From Octopus sinensis (lineage: Eukaryota), in contig NC_043000.1 of assembly GCF_006345805.1 (NCBI RefSeq), forward strand, positions 94,116,001-94,180,000: DNA of 64,000 bases, in the 5' to 3' direction. Shown here one piece after another: positions 51,780 to 64,000 of the stretch. Made by a program: the position numbers and the translations under genes. Below the pieces are notes generated by a model that saw only the letters and a program-made list of their open reading frames with translations, was not told the DNA's origin and did no database searches. Within the stretch, counting starts at the first letter, position 1. Each line of letters starts with the position of its first letter.

Positions 51780-52350
51780 GCTCAGGCCCATAAATTTGTT
51801 GGGAGTGTTAGTCAAAATCATTTATCCCAAGACTTAATCAGTACTTTATTTCACCAACTTTGAAAAGATGAAAGACGAAGTTGACTTGGGCCAGAACAAA
51901 AAGCATAGCATATAAATAAATAATTCTATTATATTCACGAGCCCCGAAATTTGTGGTGAAGACGCTAGTGGATTACATCAACATCCGTGTTCAGTTAGTA
52001 CTTATTTCATCGACACCAAAAGGAGAAAAGGCAAAGTCGACCTTGGCGGAATTTGAACTCCGGAAGAGATACTGCTAAGCATTTTGTATGGTGCAAGTAA
52101 GGACTCTGCCCACTCGCCGCTTTAGTAACAAATATACAATGGTGCCTATTTTGACTACAGGGCCAGCAGTTTTTAAGAAAATGTGTAAGTCGATTTCATC
52201 GATTCAAATACTTGACTGGTACTTATTTTATCGCCCCCGAAGGGATAAAAAGTAAAGTCGACCTTGGCGAAGTTTGAACTCAGAATGACTAGATGGACGA
52301 AATGCTACAAAGCCTTCTGCTCCGCGTGCTAATAATTCTGCTAGTTCGCC
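51780..52350 (-). mobile_element. Cluster of three SINE family B copies
   Basis: Repeated AAAGTCGACCTTGGCG.A.TTTGAACTC at ~52035 and ~52255; decayed copy at ~51880. Confidence 0.75.
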
Positions 52351-52351
52351 A

Positions 52352-52730
52352 CCTTTACTCTTTTACTCTTTTACTTGTTTCAGTCATGTGACTGTGGCCA
52401 TGCTGGAACACCGCCTTTAGTCGAGGAAATTGACCCCAGGACTTATTCTTTGTAAGCTTAGTACTTATTCTATCGGTCTCTTTTTGCCGAACCGCTAAGT
52501 TACGGGGGCGTAAACACACCAGCATCGGTTGTGAAGCGATGTTAGGTGGATAAACACAGACACACAAACATATACACACATATACACATATATAAATATA
52601 AATATATACGACGGGCTTCTTTCAGTTTCCGTCTACCAAATCCACTTACAAGGCTTTGGTCGGCCCGATGCTATAGTAGAAGACACTTGCCCAAGGTGCC
52701 ACGCAGTGGAACTGAACCCGGAACAAGCAA
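52352..52730 (-). mobile_element. SINE family A with (TAAAAGAG)n tail
   Basis: TTTACTCTTTTACTCTTTTACTTGTTTCAGTC...GACGGGCTTCTTTCAGTTTCCGTCTACC...ACTGAACCCGGAAC. Confidence 0.9.
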
Positions 52731-52839
52731 ATAAATAATTCAATGCATTTTACTGGACACCCTAACGATTCTACTCATCCCCCGACTTAAGTTGTAATAC
52801 GTGAGATATTTACTTTTAATTTTGACACACACAAATTAT

Positions 52840-53390
52840 TTTGAAGCGACGGTGTTAGACGATAACATCGATTCAAGTACTTCATCCTTACTCTATTTTC
52901 TCAACCCCGAAAAGATGAAAGGCAAAGTTGACCCCGACGGCACTTAAATTCAAAATGTAAAGTATCTAAATTCTACAAGGAATTTTGTTTACTCATCTAA
53001 CTCCATAGGAAATCTAAGGTAAATATTTCAATTTTTGGCACGATGTAAATACTTTTAAGGGGTGGGGGTAATCGATAACATTGACACCAGAACTTGGCTC
53101 GTATTTTATATAATCGATCCCGAAAGAATAAAATATAAAGTTGACATCGGTGGCACCTGAACTCAAGAAGTAAAGAATCACAACTAAATACTGCAATGCA
53201 TTTCACCCTCCGCCCTAATGATGTCCTAATACAACGTAATATAGCAGTCCGGCAAAAGACAGCGATAGAATTAGTGCCAGACTAATTTAAAATATACAGT
53301 ACTAGAATCGATTTGTTCGACCAAAAACCTTTCGAGGCGATGACCCAGTATGGCGACTGTCTAATGACTGAAACAAGCAAAAAATAAAAC
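52840..53390. mobile_element. Two decayed SINE B copies (minus) and a SINE A 3' half (plus, 53240-53390)
   Basis: CCCCGAAAAGATGAAAGGCAAAGTTGACC; GATAGAATTAGTGCCAG...TTTGTTCGAC...ATGACTGAAACAAG. Confidence 0.6.
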
Positions 53391-54483
53391 GTAACTCCGC
53401 AGATGAGCGGGATCGAGAAAAGAAAAACAAAGCTTTTTGATAAAAGATTAAGATTTAATTGAATAAGCGAAGAAGGAAGACAGAAACAGGGATTCTTACT
53501 GAAGCGAGATTAAAATTGCTCATCTACCTCTCTCCACAGCATGAAAGCTGTTCAGAGAAATTCAGAAGAAGTTTGATGTATTTCTGGAAATGTGATACGA
53601 ATTATCGACACTTCATCGCGCGTGACACCTGTTTTGTTTAGTATCTGTTTAGTATTTCTTGCCAATAGATAAAGAGTCGGTTTCTAACCCAGATCCACAT
53701 TCATTGGAATTTCAACATCAACAGCAAGGTATTTTTGTATGTATGTATGTATGTATGTATGTATGCACACATATCCTGAAATATAACAATAACTGTTTCA
53801 ACACACGATTACATATCAGGAATCTTGCAAAATAAATACATAACCGTAACACCAATAAGTTATATCTGACATGAAACATTCACAAATCAAGGTTCAGCAT
53901 GTTTAAAGTGCCACATATCACCTCCAAATTTTAACGAATGCGCATCAGTGTTTGCGGAGTCGTTCTCAGCTCAACGGAGGCATGACATATCTGAAACAAT
54001 TGATCCGTGGTTCGTACCGGGATCTTTCAGCCAGTTAACTACAGGTGAATGGTAGGTCTAGTCGGCTAGAGATGAGCTACAGTTATACAATATCAATATA
54101 TTTAAGCCATCGTGTATCATTCTGCGCTTTTAACATTTGAGACTTACAGCCGCCCCAAAAGTGAAGTATGAAGTGTTTGATACGTGATTTGAGCAGAGCC
54201 AAACAAGAACCCTCAAGAGAAAAACACACACACACACAAACACACACACACATACGGACATGCGCACACTAACACAGAGATATATATGGATGACAGTCGC
54301 TACAGATGCCTGTAATATATAATCTCACCTTTTGTAGTATGTTATATATACAAATATGTGTGTGTGTGTGTGTAATATATATTACATACATATATTTCTT
54401 TCTCTCTCTCTCAATATATATATACATATATATAAATACACCCACACACGCACACACACACACACACACACTCACACACACAA

Positions 54484-54522
<39 letters not shown>

Positions 54523-54530
54523 CCAAATGC

Positions 54531-54641
54531 GACCAAGGTGTTGGGAAACACCTACGTTGCTAGAAATAAGAGCTGAGCCGCTCTAATGCTGTAGCTTAGC
54601 ACTTATTTCTAGCAATATAGGTGTCTCCTAACAACCTAGTC
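54531..54641. other. 111-nt imperfect hairpin (pre-miRNA-like or MITE remnant)
   Basis: GACCAAGGTGTTGGGAAACACCTACGTTGCTAGAAATAAG-A-GCTGAGC pairs with GCTTAGC-A-CTTATTTCTAGCAATATAGGTGTCTCCTAACAACCTAGTC. Confidence 0.7.
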
Positions 54642-55291
54642 AATTTCAGTGACATTTCTAATTCTTCCTTTTGGTGAAACATTGCAAACTGTTGTTTATA
54701 TTAATTATACATGTCTGTCTTTGAGTACCTAATTCATGGACTTCCCGTTTGATTACGTTGCTTCTAAATTCATTTGGAGTACATCATTTCTGCACCTTTA
54801 ATTATATATATATGTATATATATATATATATTATATATATATATATATTATATATATATATATATTATATATATATATCGTTTTGGATTTGGTTTGCAAG
54901 ATTCTTTATGTGAGTTCGTGTGTTAAATTATAAGGCACTAAAAGAGAATGACTCTCCACATACACAACACTATATATATATATACGTTTGCATGTATGTA
55001 TATGTATATATTACATACATATATATGTATTTATGTATATGTATGTATATCATTATTCAATTTTATTTCAAGATTTCTTGCCAATAGAAAGAGTCGGTTT
55101 CTAACCTAGATACAAGATTTCTTCATTGAAATTTCAACATCAAGAACAGGGTATTTTTGTATGTATGTATGTATGTATGTATGTATGTATGTATGTATGT
55201 ATGTATGTATGTATGTATGCGTGCATATTTATATGTTTTGTTTTATGTATGTATTCTCATGCATACAGTTGCATACCTGACATGCTTATAC

Positions 55292-55322
<31 letters not shown>

Positions 55323-55594
55323 TGTATGTATGTATGTATGTATGCATGTCTATTATGTGTGCCTGTCTTTATGTGTGAAAGATATGATCTATTATCTGCT
55401 CGCCCTTTCCTACTCAGCCCTACCCATTTTCCATTAGTATTTACTTGATGAGAAATTAGTGACCTAATTATTTATATATATTTCTTTTATTACAAAAATA
55501 ACGTAAAGCTCCAGGATAACGAATACCTTAACTAACGGCAATTTGGAAATTGCATTCCATTAAAGGCAACTAGTTGGGCGATTTACGTCTGCTT

Positions 55595-56205
55595 TCAAAC
55601 AACGGTTTCAAATTTTGGCACAAAGCCAGCAATCTCAGAGGAGGGAGTAAGTCGACTACATCAAACCTATTACTCAACTGGTACTTATTTCATCGACACT
55701 AAAAGGATGAAATGCACTTGCTGAATTTCAACTCAGAGCACAAAGACTGATGAAATGCCATAAAGCAGGAGTGACTGTGTGGTAAGTAGCTTGCTTACCA
55801 GCCACATGGTTCTCGGTTCAGTCCCACTGCGTGGCATCTTCAGCAAGTGTCTTCTACTATAGCCTCGGGCCGACCAAAGCCTTGTGAGTGGATTTGATAG
55901 ACGGAAACTGAAAGAAGCCCGTCGTATATATATATGTGGGGGTGTATATATATATATATATGTTTGTGTATCTGTGTTTGTCCCCCAACATCGCTTGACA
56001 ACCGATGCTGGTGTGTTTACGTCCGCGTAACTTAGCTGTTCGGCAACAGAGACCGATATAATAAGTACTAGGCTTACAAAGAACAAGTCCTGGTGTCGAT
56101 TTCTTCGACTAAAGGTGGTGCTCTAGCATGGCCACAGTTAAATGAGTGACACAAGTAAAAGAGGGTAAAGAGTAAAGCATTTTCCTCGGCGTACTAACGA
56201 TTCTC
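55595..56205. mobile_element. SINE B (minus) interrupted by full-length SINE A (plus, 55768-56172) with TAAAGCA target-site duplication
   Basis: TAAAGCA occurs at 55761-55767 and 56173-56179; the B sequence resumes TTTTCCTCGGCGTACTAACGATTCT. Confidence 0.85.
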
Positions 56206-56206
56206 A

Positions 56207-56621
56207 TTTCTTTATTGCCCACAAGGGGCTAAACATAGAAGGGACAAACAAGGACAGACAAACAGATTAAGTCAGTTACATCTACCCCAGTGCGTAACAG
56301 GTACTTAATTTATCAACCTCCGAAAGGATGAAAGGCAAAGTCGACCTCGGCGGAATTTGAACTCAGAACATAATGACGACGAAATACCTATTTCTTTACT
56401 ACCCACAATGGGCTAAACACAGAGTGGACAAACAAGGACAGACAAACGGATTAAATCGATTATATCGACCCCAGTGCATAACTGGTACTTAATTTATAGA
56501 CTCCGAAAGAATGAAAAACAAAATCGACCTCGGCGGAATTTGAACTCAGAACGTAACGGCGGACGAAATACCGCTAAGCATTTCCCCCGGCGTGCTAACG
56601 ATTCTGCCAGCACGCCGTCTT
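56207..56621 (-). mobile_element. Two tandem SINE B copies with Tx1-like 3' tail (56207-56389 headless; 56390-56621 full)
   Basis: The tails TTTCTTTATTGCCCACAAGGGGCTAAACATAGAAGGGACAAACAAGGAC and TTTCTTTACTACCCACAATGGGCTAAACACAGAGTGGACAAACAAGGAC resemble LINE positions 6450-6505. Confidence 0.85.
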
Positions 56622-56639
56622 AAATTAATTAATATTCTT

Positions 56640-56845
56640 TTCTACTCTAGGCACAATGCCCGAAATGTGTGGGGGGGATGAGTGGAGCAGTCGATTAGAT
56701 CGATCCCAGTACGCGACTGATAATTCATCGACCCCGAAAGGCAAAGTCGACCTCGGCGGAATTTGAACTCAGAACGTAGCGACAGACGAAATACCGCTAA
56801 GCATTTCGCTCGGCGTGCTAATGATTCTGCCAGCTAGACACCTTA
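56640..56845 (-). mobile_element. SINE family B with alternative tail (CTAGGCACAATGCCCGAAAT)
   Basis: Same head and core as its neighbours, different 3' end. Confidence 0.8.
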
Positions 56846-57199
56846 AAAACTTCACAAATAGCGGCAACAATCTGGAGGACTTAAGGAACTCTCATCCTTG
56901 TGGGATCAAGGAAATAAGTACCATTTGAGAACTGGGGCCAATGTAACTGGCTTAGGCCCTTCCTCGAAACTACTGTCCTTGAGCCAAAATTTGAAACTGT
57001 TTTTTTGGAAGTTTATAGTTGTACACCCATTGTGCGTTTAGAAGTAATGGAAGAAATTAATCATCCAATGTTTCTCTCTGTTTCTTTTTTACTCTGACTC
57101 CTTTATTTACGTAATAAATAGATTTCCGAAAGACTTCCTAAACAACGGAAAATATACAAAAATTCGCAAATAGCCTTTTCTCAAATCTCTTTGAATGTT

Positions 57200-57780
57200 A
57201 CAATTGTTTCGAAAGTTTATTGACACTCACACAAACAGAAACACACACACAAGCAGGCACACACACATACACTGACAAAGAGGCACACACACGCGTGTGC
57301 ATGACATAAATGGACACACAAACAGGCACACACACGCAGGCACACATAAACACATGCATGACATATATGGACACACACACGCATTACACTAACACAAATA
57401 TATATAAACACTCAAATACTGCAAAAAGATACACACACATCCAAACGCTTACAAATACACGCACATGCACACAGATACACACTGCAGAAAACAGACACAC
57501 ACACACACACACACCACACACACAAACTCACACACATACACACATTACACTAACACAAACACATATACACAGACTCAAATACTGCAGAAAGATACACACA
57601 CATCCAAACGCCTACAAACACACGCGCATGCACACAGCTACACACTGCAGAAAACAGACACACACAAACAAACAAACACACACAGGCACACGCACACACA
57701 CACAAACAAACAAACACACACAGGCACACGCACACACAAACACATACACACACACACACACACACACAAACTGGGCAGGT
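57200..57780. repeat. (CA)-rich field with a ~165 bp tandem duplication
   Basis: CATTACACTAACACAAA...CTCAAATACTGCA.AAAGATACACACACATCCAAACGC at ~57382 and ~57543. Confidence 0.8.
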
Positions 57781-58610
57781 TAATGAAAATGACAGGCAAT
57801 CAGTGCACAGAAAACATAGAGAGCCGGTCAAAGAGAGAGAGAGAGAGAGAGGTACAGTGAAACAGAGTGAGAGAGAAAGACAGGGAGAGACAGACAGACA
57901 GGCAGACAGACAGACGGACAGAAAGAGTGAGTGAGAGAGAGGAAAAGAGTTAATGAATAGCGGTGAGAAATAGCATATTTAATGTCGTATTTTTGTGAGT
58001 CTCTCATTTTAATGGAAAAGAGGAGAGAAAAGACAAAAGTAAAAACAGAGAAAATGAATGGGAATATAATTCACAAACGGATACACGCACACAGTTGCAC
58101 ACGCACACGCACACACAAACACACGCACGCACAGACACATATACGTACACACAGGCGTATGTAAAAGAATGAGAAACAGAATGTTTCTATAGCGATTGCC
58201 TGTATGCCTTTTCAGTTTAGTATAATCTCGAAAGTTAGGATAACCTCTTTCAACAGGTTTATCCAGTGCACGAATTATGAAAAACTATTACAATCGGACA
58301 CGCGTAAGGCCGACACAAGTACATATTCACCTATCAGTCTGCAGTTCACTTTGTCTGTTTGTCTGTATGTCTGTCGGTCTATCTGTTTGTCTGTATGTCC
58401 GTCGGTCTATCTGTTTGTCTGTCTGTCTCTTTACTTTCTCACTTTCTCTCTTTCTCACACATCTCCGTCGCTCTCTCTTTCTCTTTCTTTCTCTCTCTCT
58501 AGTCATCTTTATCGCTTTATCTCTTACCCGCTCTGTGTGTGTGTATATATATATAAACATATAAGCACACACACACACACACAAACACACACATATGTAT
58601 TCATATTTAT

Positions 58611-58742
<132 letters not shown>

Positions 58743-58813
58743 ACATATATGTTCGTTTCATGTATATGCATGTACATCTATACTACTGCCATTTTATACT
58801 GGTAAATAACATT

Positions 58814-58870
<57 letters not shown>

Positions 58871-59080
58871 TACATATATATATATATACATACATATAAT
58901 ATTTATATATATATACACCATTCATACATACATATGCATAATTATATATCGTACGTATATATATATATATTATATATATATATATGTATATATATGTATA
59001 TATATGTATATATATTATATATATTTATATATATATTAATACAAAGAGGGGGAGTAGTAGGGGAGAAGACAATGTTATAC

Positions 59081-59126
<46 letters not shown>

Positions 59127-60088
59127 TGTTGTTGTAGTAGTAGTACTAGTAGTAGTTGAAATAGGAGGAGGAGGGAAATACAAATTTAAATGTATGTTTA
59201 AATTTACTAACAAACAAAGGTAACCAGAGTCTCCATGAATTCTGATGATGAGAATCTCATTCGTTCTTTTAACGGTAGCAATTCGTCCAATTCGAGGTGG
59301 TGATGGTGGTGGTGACCATCTTGTCATCGTCATGCATTGTAGGCTTTCTGCAGCGCGTTGGTAACACTGCAACGAGTCTTACCTATTAATCGTGAGTTAT
59401 CCCATGGGGAAAAGAAATAGCACTAGTTTCTTCTGACATTCCCATAGTGTTTTCTTGGCCAAAATATTGCCAAATAGTTTGTCATTGCCTTCCTCATCTG
59501 GATAGCCGCTGGCCCAGAAGGAGTTCATCCGTCACCTGTCAGGTTTTACTTTTAGTCTTGCTGGGTGTACAGACACCCTCCTCACAAGAGTAGCTGGCTA
59601 GTCAAATTAAGGGAACTGGTTTAGTCGCCGACTACTCGACGATAGAACAGGTAGGACTGGCTTACATTGGTCCCAATAAAATGTCTCATCAACCTGTGAT
59701 GAGATTTCTGCCCTGGATGACCGTCTACTGCATATTTTATTGACTTTTTTTTCCTCTCTAATTGTTTAGTTTTACAACTTTTGCGGATTCTTTTTCGTAA
59801 GAAACATAACATCTTTAATAAACATATCAATTACTTCCAATTCAACATAATTCCTGGATTTTCCAGGCTACTTAGAATGCTCCAACCGGAAGCAAATAAA
59901 ATATCCACTCTCTACTGAGCGATATATTACATAGTTGATGTCGTTGGTAAAGAGCCTGATAATAGGTGATTAAATTTAAAACCAGATGTTATAAAATTTT
60001 GAATGACCAGATTCTTTGAAGTTTATATTTTACAAATACTTAAATATTGAATGCATTTTACTTGACATATATAACTTGCTCGATCTGT

Positions 60089-60174
<86 letters not shown>

Positions 60175-60244
60175 TGCATAGAGAGATATACATATATGTA
60201 TGCGTGTGTATCAATGTTTGTATTTATGTCGAGCTATAATTCTT

Positions 60245-60452
60245 TTCTTTCCTATTATAAGTACAAGGCCTGAAATTTGGAAGTAGTGGGTTCGTCAACT
60301 ACATCAACCCCCAATGCTCAACTAGTACTTATTCCATTGACTCCGAAAGGACGAAAAACAGTCGACCTCGAGGGAATTTGAATTCAGAACGCAAAGCAGG
60401 GCAAAATGCCAGTGAGCATTTTGTCCGACAAGCTAACGATTTTGGCTACTCC
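60245..60452 (-). mobile_element. SINE family B
   Basis: AAGTACAAGGCCTGAAATTT...GTCGACCTCGAGGGAATTTGAATTCAGAAC. Confidence 0.75.
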
Positions 60453-61380
60453 CCATCATGTGTTGTGTTATGATTTAGAAAGAAGAACAGTCTTATATTA
60501 ATCTGAAGAATTACGGAAGAACCACGGAATACTTTTTGTAGAGTATATATATATTTTATACATTTACGAGAGCTGATAGTGATTTCGAAGTTTCGCCATG
60601 CTAGAGTTTCACTCCGATGCTGCATCTGATTTCCGTTCTTTAAAACAATAAGCTTGCTGTTATGAATCTGCATCATTGTCACACCATATTTTATTTTGGA
60701 CGAAGCCTTCCACAAGCTGGTTAGATTTGCTTGGAATAGTTGCAAAATCTTCTTCAAAAGTGCAGATATAGATTAAGTACTCTTGTCATAAGTGAGTTTA
60801 GCGAGATTGTCACAGGTGCAATGTCTATTATCGGAGTTCATCTCGATGAGAATTTCTGACCAGGGATTAATCAATAATAAAATTTCTCGTAGTTCATCGA
60901 AAACGAGCAAACTAAGGAGCCTTAACGTACACACTGGATCTACCAGAAATAGCAACCGAAATTTCTTTATATTACTTACACCTTTTATAAGAACCGGAAG
61001 GTAACTTTAGTGTTCATTTTCCTTGGTGCACAATATCAAAAGAGAAAGGAAATGACCATGTTTAGAATGTCTATGACTATAGGTATGCTCAGATAGAACT
61101 GAGCTTGAACTCAACAGCTATAGCAGAAATATACAGGGTACGGCATAAACGCGTACAACATATTACAGGTTGACAAACGTTTTAAAAAAAACGCATGAGG
61201 TACACGAGTTCAAACCACGATGGTAACTGAAAAACAACTGGCAAAATATTAGCAATATGAAGATAACGTTACCACCTACTTAATTTCTGTAGTGCCGCAA
61301 TAAAGGCCGTTCCAAAAATTGGAAGTCGTTATTTGCCAAACTCTTTATAACGTGAATGTATATATTGGTTTCTGGAAGTA

Positions 61381-62182
61381 CAGGTGTTCGGGCTAAATTT
61401 GACAGTTTGCATATAAGGAAAAGAAAACACGATATCCCATTCAAAAAAAAAAGTAATTAAAAAAATCAAAGAATTTCAATTAGATTATAGCTGGGAGATA
61501 ACTGTTTACTTGAAGTTGACAGCATCAGCTTCCACCACGGCCTTAAGAGAAGAGCGTCCCTGAGAAGATCTTCCAATATTTTCTTGATCTTACCAAAGAC
61601 CTCCGCCTTGATGTTGCAGGCAGAGCGGTTGGTGTCTTTTTCAACCTCACCCCACACATAGCAATCTTTGGGATTACAATCGAGGAAATTAGAAATTTCT
61701 GACAGTCACTTCTGATTCTTTCGGAGGTATGGCAATGATCCGAATCCTGAAGTTACACATGGCCTTCCAGCAGCAACCTTCTTCAGCCATGGATTGATAA
61801 GCCCCCAGTAGCTTCACATAAATGCCTGAATCAAACCCTGTTCAAAGATATAGGGATGAAATCTAGCGTACGGAATCAGCCAGAACGACTGCTGTGTCCC
61901 TCCTTGCTGGCAACAGTTTCCATTGCAACTATCCATGTCATGTCTTAGTCTTTACAGAGTTCAAAGAGCATTGAGCAGCAATCATGCTGTCGGCATTTTC
62001 ATACACTGCGCTAATTATCATGACATAGGTAAATTCTTCCCAATATTCAGATGTATTCCAGTCCTCCAAATCAGCTAAACTTTCTCTCAACAACATTAAT
62101 GTTTACGCTTTTTATCAATGTATCAAATTGTTCCCGAAAAAGGGGACATTAAAAAATCGTCAAATTTAGCCCAAACGCCTTG
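61381..62182 (-). mobile_element. maT/DD37D-like Tc1/mariner deletion derivative with TA TSD
   Basis: TA|CAGGTGTTCGGGCTAAATTTGAC ... GTCAAATTTAGCCCAAACGCCTTG|TA. Decayed translation: NPWLKKVAAGRPCV...DCNPKDCYVWGEVEKDTNRSACN. Confidence 0.8.
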
Positions 62183-62573
62183 TACCTGGATCACAGCATA
62201 ACTGAATTATTGAGCACTGTTTAAAATTTTTTTATAGAAAGCTTCTTGCACTCTAGTTGAATACACAAAATGCATTTAATGCTGATATGGTGAAAAGTTT
62301 TCTGCAGCTAATCTTTATTTGTCTCATGCGACAAATGAATATATAATTTGTCTTATGCAACTTCAATGAATATATAATTATTATTATATAATGAATATGT
62401 AATTATTGCTAGAAACAGCTTACTACAGAAATGTTGCCGTCAAACAGAATATGCAACGAAAAGTCATTGATACAGTGCGATAGTAACGTATTGTTGTAAC
62501 ACGCACATACAAAATGCAGCCAAACATATACGTACATCATATTTGCACGTTTAGTGATGTGTGCATTTACGAG

Positions 62574-62607
<34 letters not shown>

Positions 62608-62644
62608 AGTGTGTGTGTTTGTGTGTGTGTGTGTGTGTGTTCTT

Positions 62645-62820
62645 TCATTAATTTATTCTTTTACTTGTTTCAGTCATTTGACTACGGCCAATCTGGAGCA
62701 CCACCTTTAATCGAAAAAATCGACACCAGGACTTATTCTTTGTAAATCCATTACTTATTCTACCGTCGCTTTTGTCGAACCGTTGTCAAGCGACGGTGGG
62801 TTGAGGACAAACACACAAAT

Positions 62821-62880
<60 letters not shown>
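62645..62880 (-). mobile_element. SINE family A 3' half
   Basis: TTCTTTTACTTGTTTCAGTCATTTGAC...CCAGGACTTATTCTTTG...GTTGTCAAGCGA-(CA)n(TA)n. Confidence 0.8.
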
Positions 62881-62886
<6 letters not shown>

Positions 62887-62969
62887 ATGTATGAATGTAT
62901 GTTTGTATATATGCATGTACTGTTGTACGTATGTATATGTGGGTGGATGGGTGGATGGGTGGATGGACG

Positions 62970-63250
62970 TTGATGACTAAACGGGCAACCCTATAAAACC
63001 TGCTTGCAAAGGAGGTTTGGTTTTCGTTGGACACCCAGCAGAACAAAAAACAAAACCTGTCAAATGACAGATTAACTCCAAGAAAGGCATACCACTCAAT
63101 AAGAAATTCTTTAATGGAATGAAGTAATGTGTCAAATTAGGTGGTAAGCTCTCTGAATACGTACAGCAAGAGACGCCCGTCGTTGCCACATATATGTAAA
63201 AAGTGTAGGTCTCTAGCAGGACTGAAAAACCACATCCGTGCTGTTCATAT
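62970..63250 (+). mobile_element. Possible decayed RTE C-terminal fragment
   Basis: HICKKCRSLAGLKNHIRAVH resembles the RTE terminal C2H2 motif; upstream homology is poor. Confidence 0.3.
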
Positions 63251-64000
63251 TTTAGAGAATAATCAAGCGATGATATTACTTAAAAGTGAGTGACAGCTAC
63301 CTCTACGGATGTATATATGACATACATTAATTCCAGCTTCTGTGCATCTCGTTACCTAAGGTTTTATGACAGAATGCAGTCCCCAAATGGGTATTAGTGG
63401 TATAAACATTCCTGATATAATATGATACAGAACAAATCGGGCATCATTTTGCAGACTTTCGGCTAGACACGCTTTGGTTCACTGAAAGAAACCGAATGCG
63501 GAGATACATCCTGTATCTCGATCTATTTCGAATATATTTTACTTGGCCAACACCAGGATATAAATGTAAAACTTCCGTCGGTCAATGCTGACTATATAGA
63601 TTTATAGTTTAATATATCGACCAATAGTTGCCCTTGCTTGCAAGTCTACTCTTTCACAACTGTCCACACATATACACACGCCAAAAACGACACATACACA
63701 CATCTCCCACAAATATCCACCTCTAAACACACCTATATTTACACATCCACATCAACACCCATCCCTTTTTAACTCCCCCAAAACAATTGCATTTACATCT
63801 GCCTCCTAAACATTCGCCCATATTTTTCTCCTTTACTATTCTTTTTCACTCACCAGTAGTTTCTTCTTTTTCTGGTGAATAACAGATGTCAGAAACGTTT
63901 GTTCAGCATTGTCTCTCCTGTGTTGTCCTTTCTTACATTTTTTTGTTTCTTTTGTTGCTCATTACATTTACTATATGTATAAAATCACTAAAGAAATATA

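Noticed and set aside
55768-55840. tRNA gene calls for SINE heads (A and B boxes)
   Set aside because: No complete cloverleaf or acceptor stem, and the sequence continues into SINE body.

Overview
This is a very AT-rich, microsatellite-dense eukaryotic window. Its SINE families and (TA)n/(CA)n/(GATA)n/(AAT)n load suggest a coleoid cephalopod, probably Octopus; that is an inference. I found no supportable host exon, tRNA or rRNA, and most listed ORFs are translated microsatellites. The window is nested mobile DNA. It holds a full-length ~5.85 kb Tx1/L1-clade LINE (minus strand, 6444-12293) inside an (AAT)n tract, and a 5'-truncated sister Tx1 inside (GATA)n. It also holds R4/Dong-like, RTE, CR1-like and Penelope (GIY-YIG) fragments, three Tc1/mariner deletion derivatives, MITEs, and at least 30 copies of three tRNA-derived SINE families. 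Highlights: (i) an intact-looking type I hammerhead ribozyme in a ~200 bp element inserted into a SINE's (TA)n tract, plus several decayed hammerheads; (ii) a SINE subfamily whose 3' tail matches the Tx1 3' end; (iii) apparent partitioning of retroelements among microsatellite targets; (iv) a perfect 133-bp-arm palindrome and a 111-nt pre-miRNA-like hairpin. All coordinates were read by eye and may be off by a few bases.
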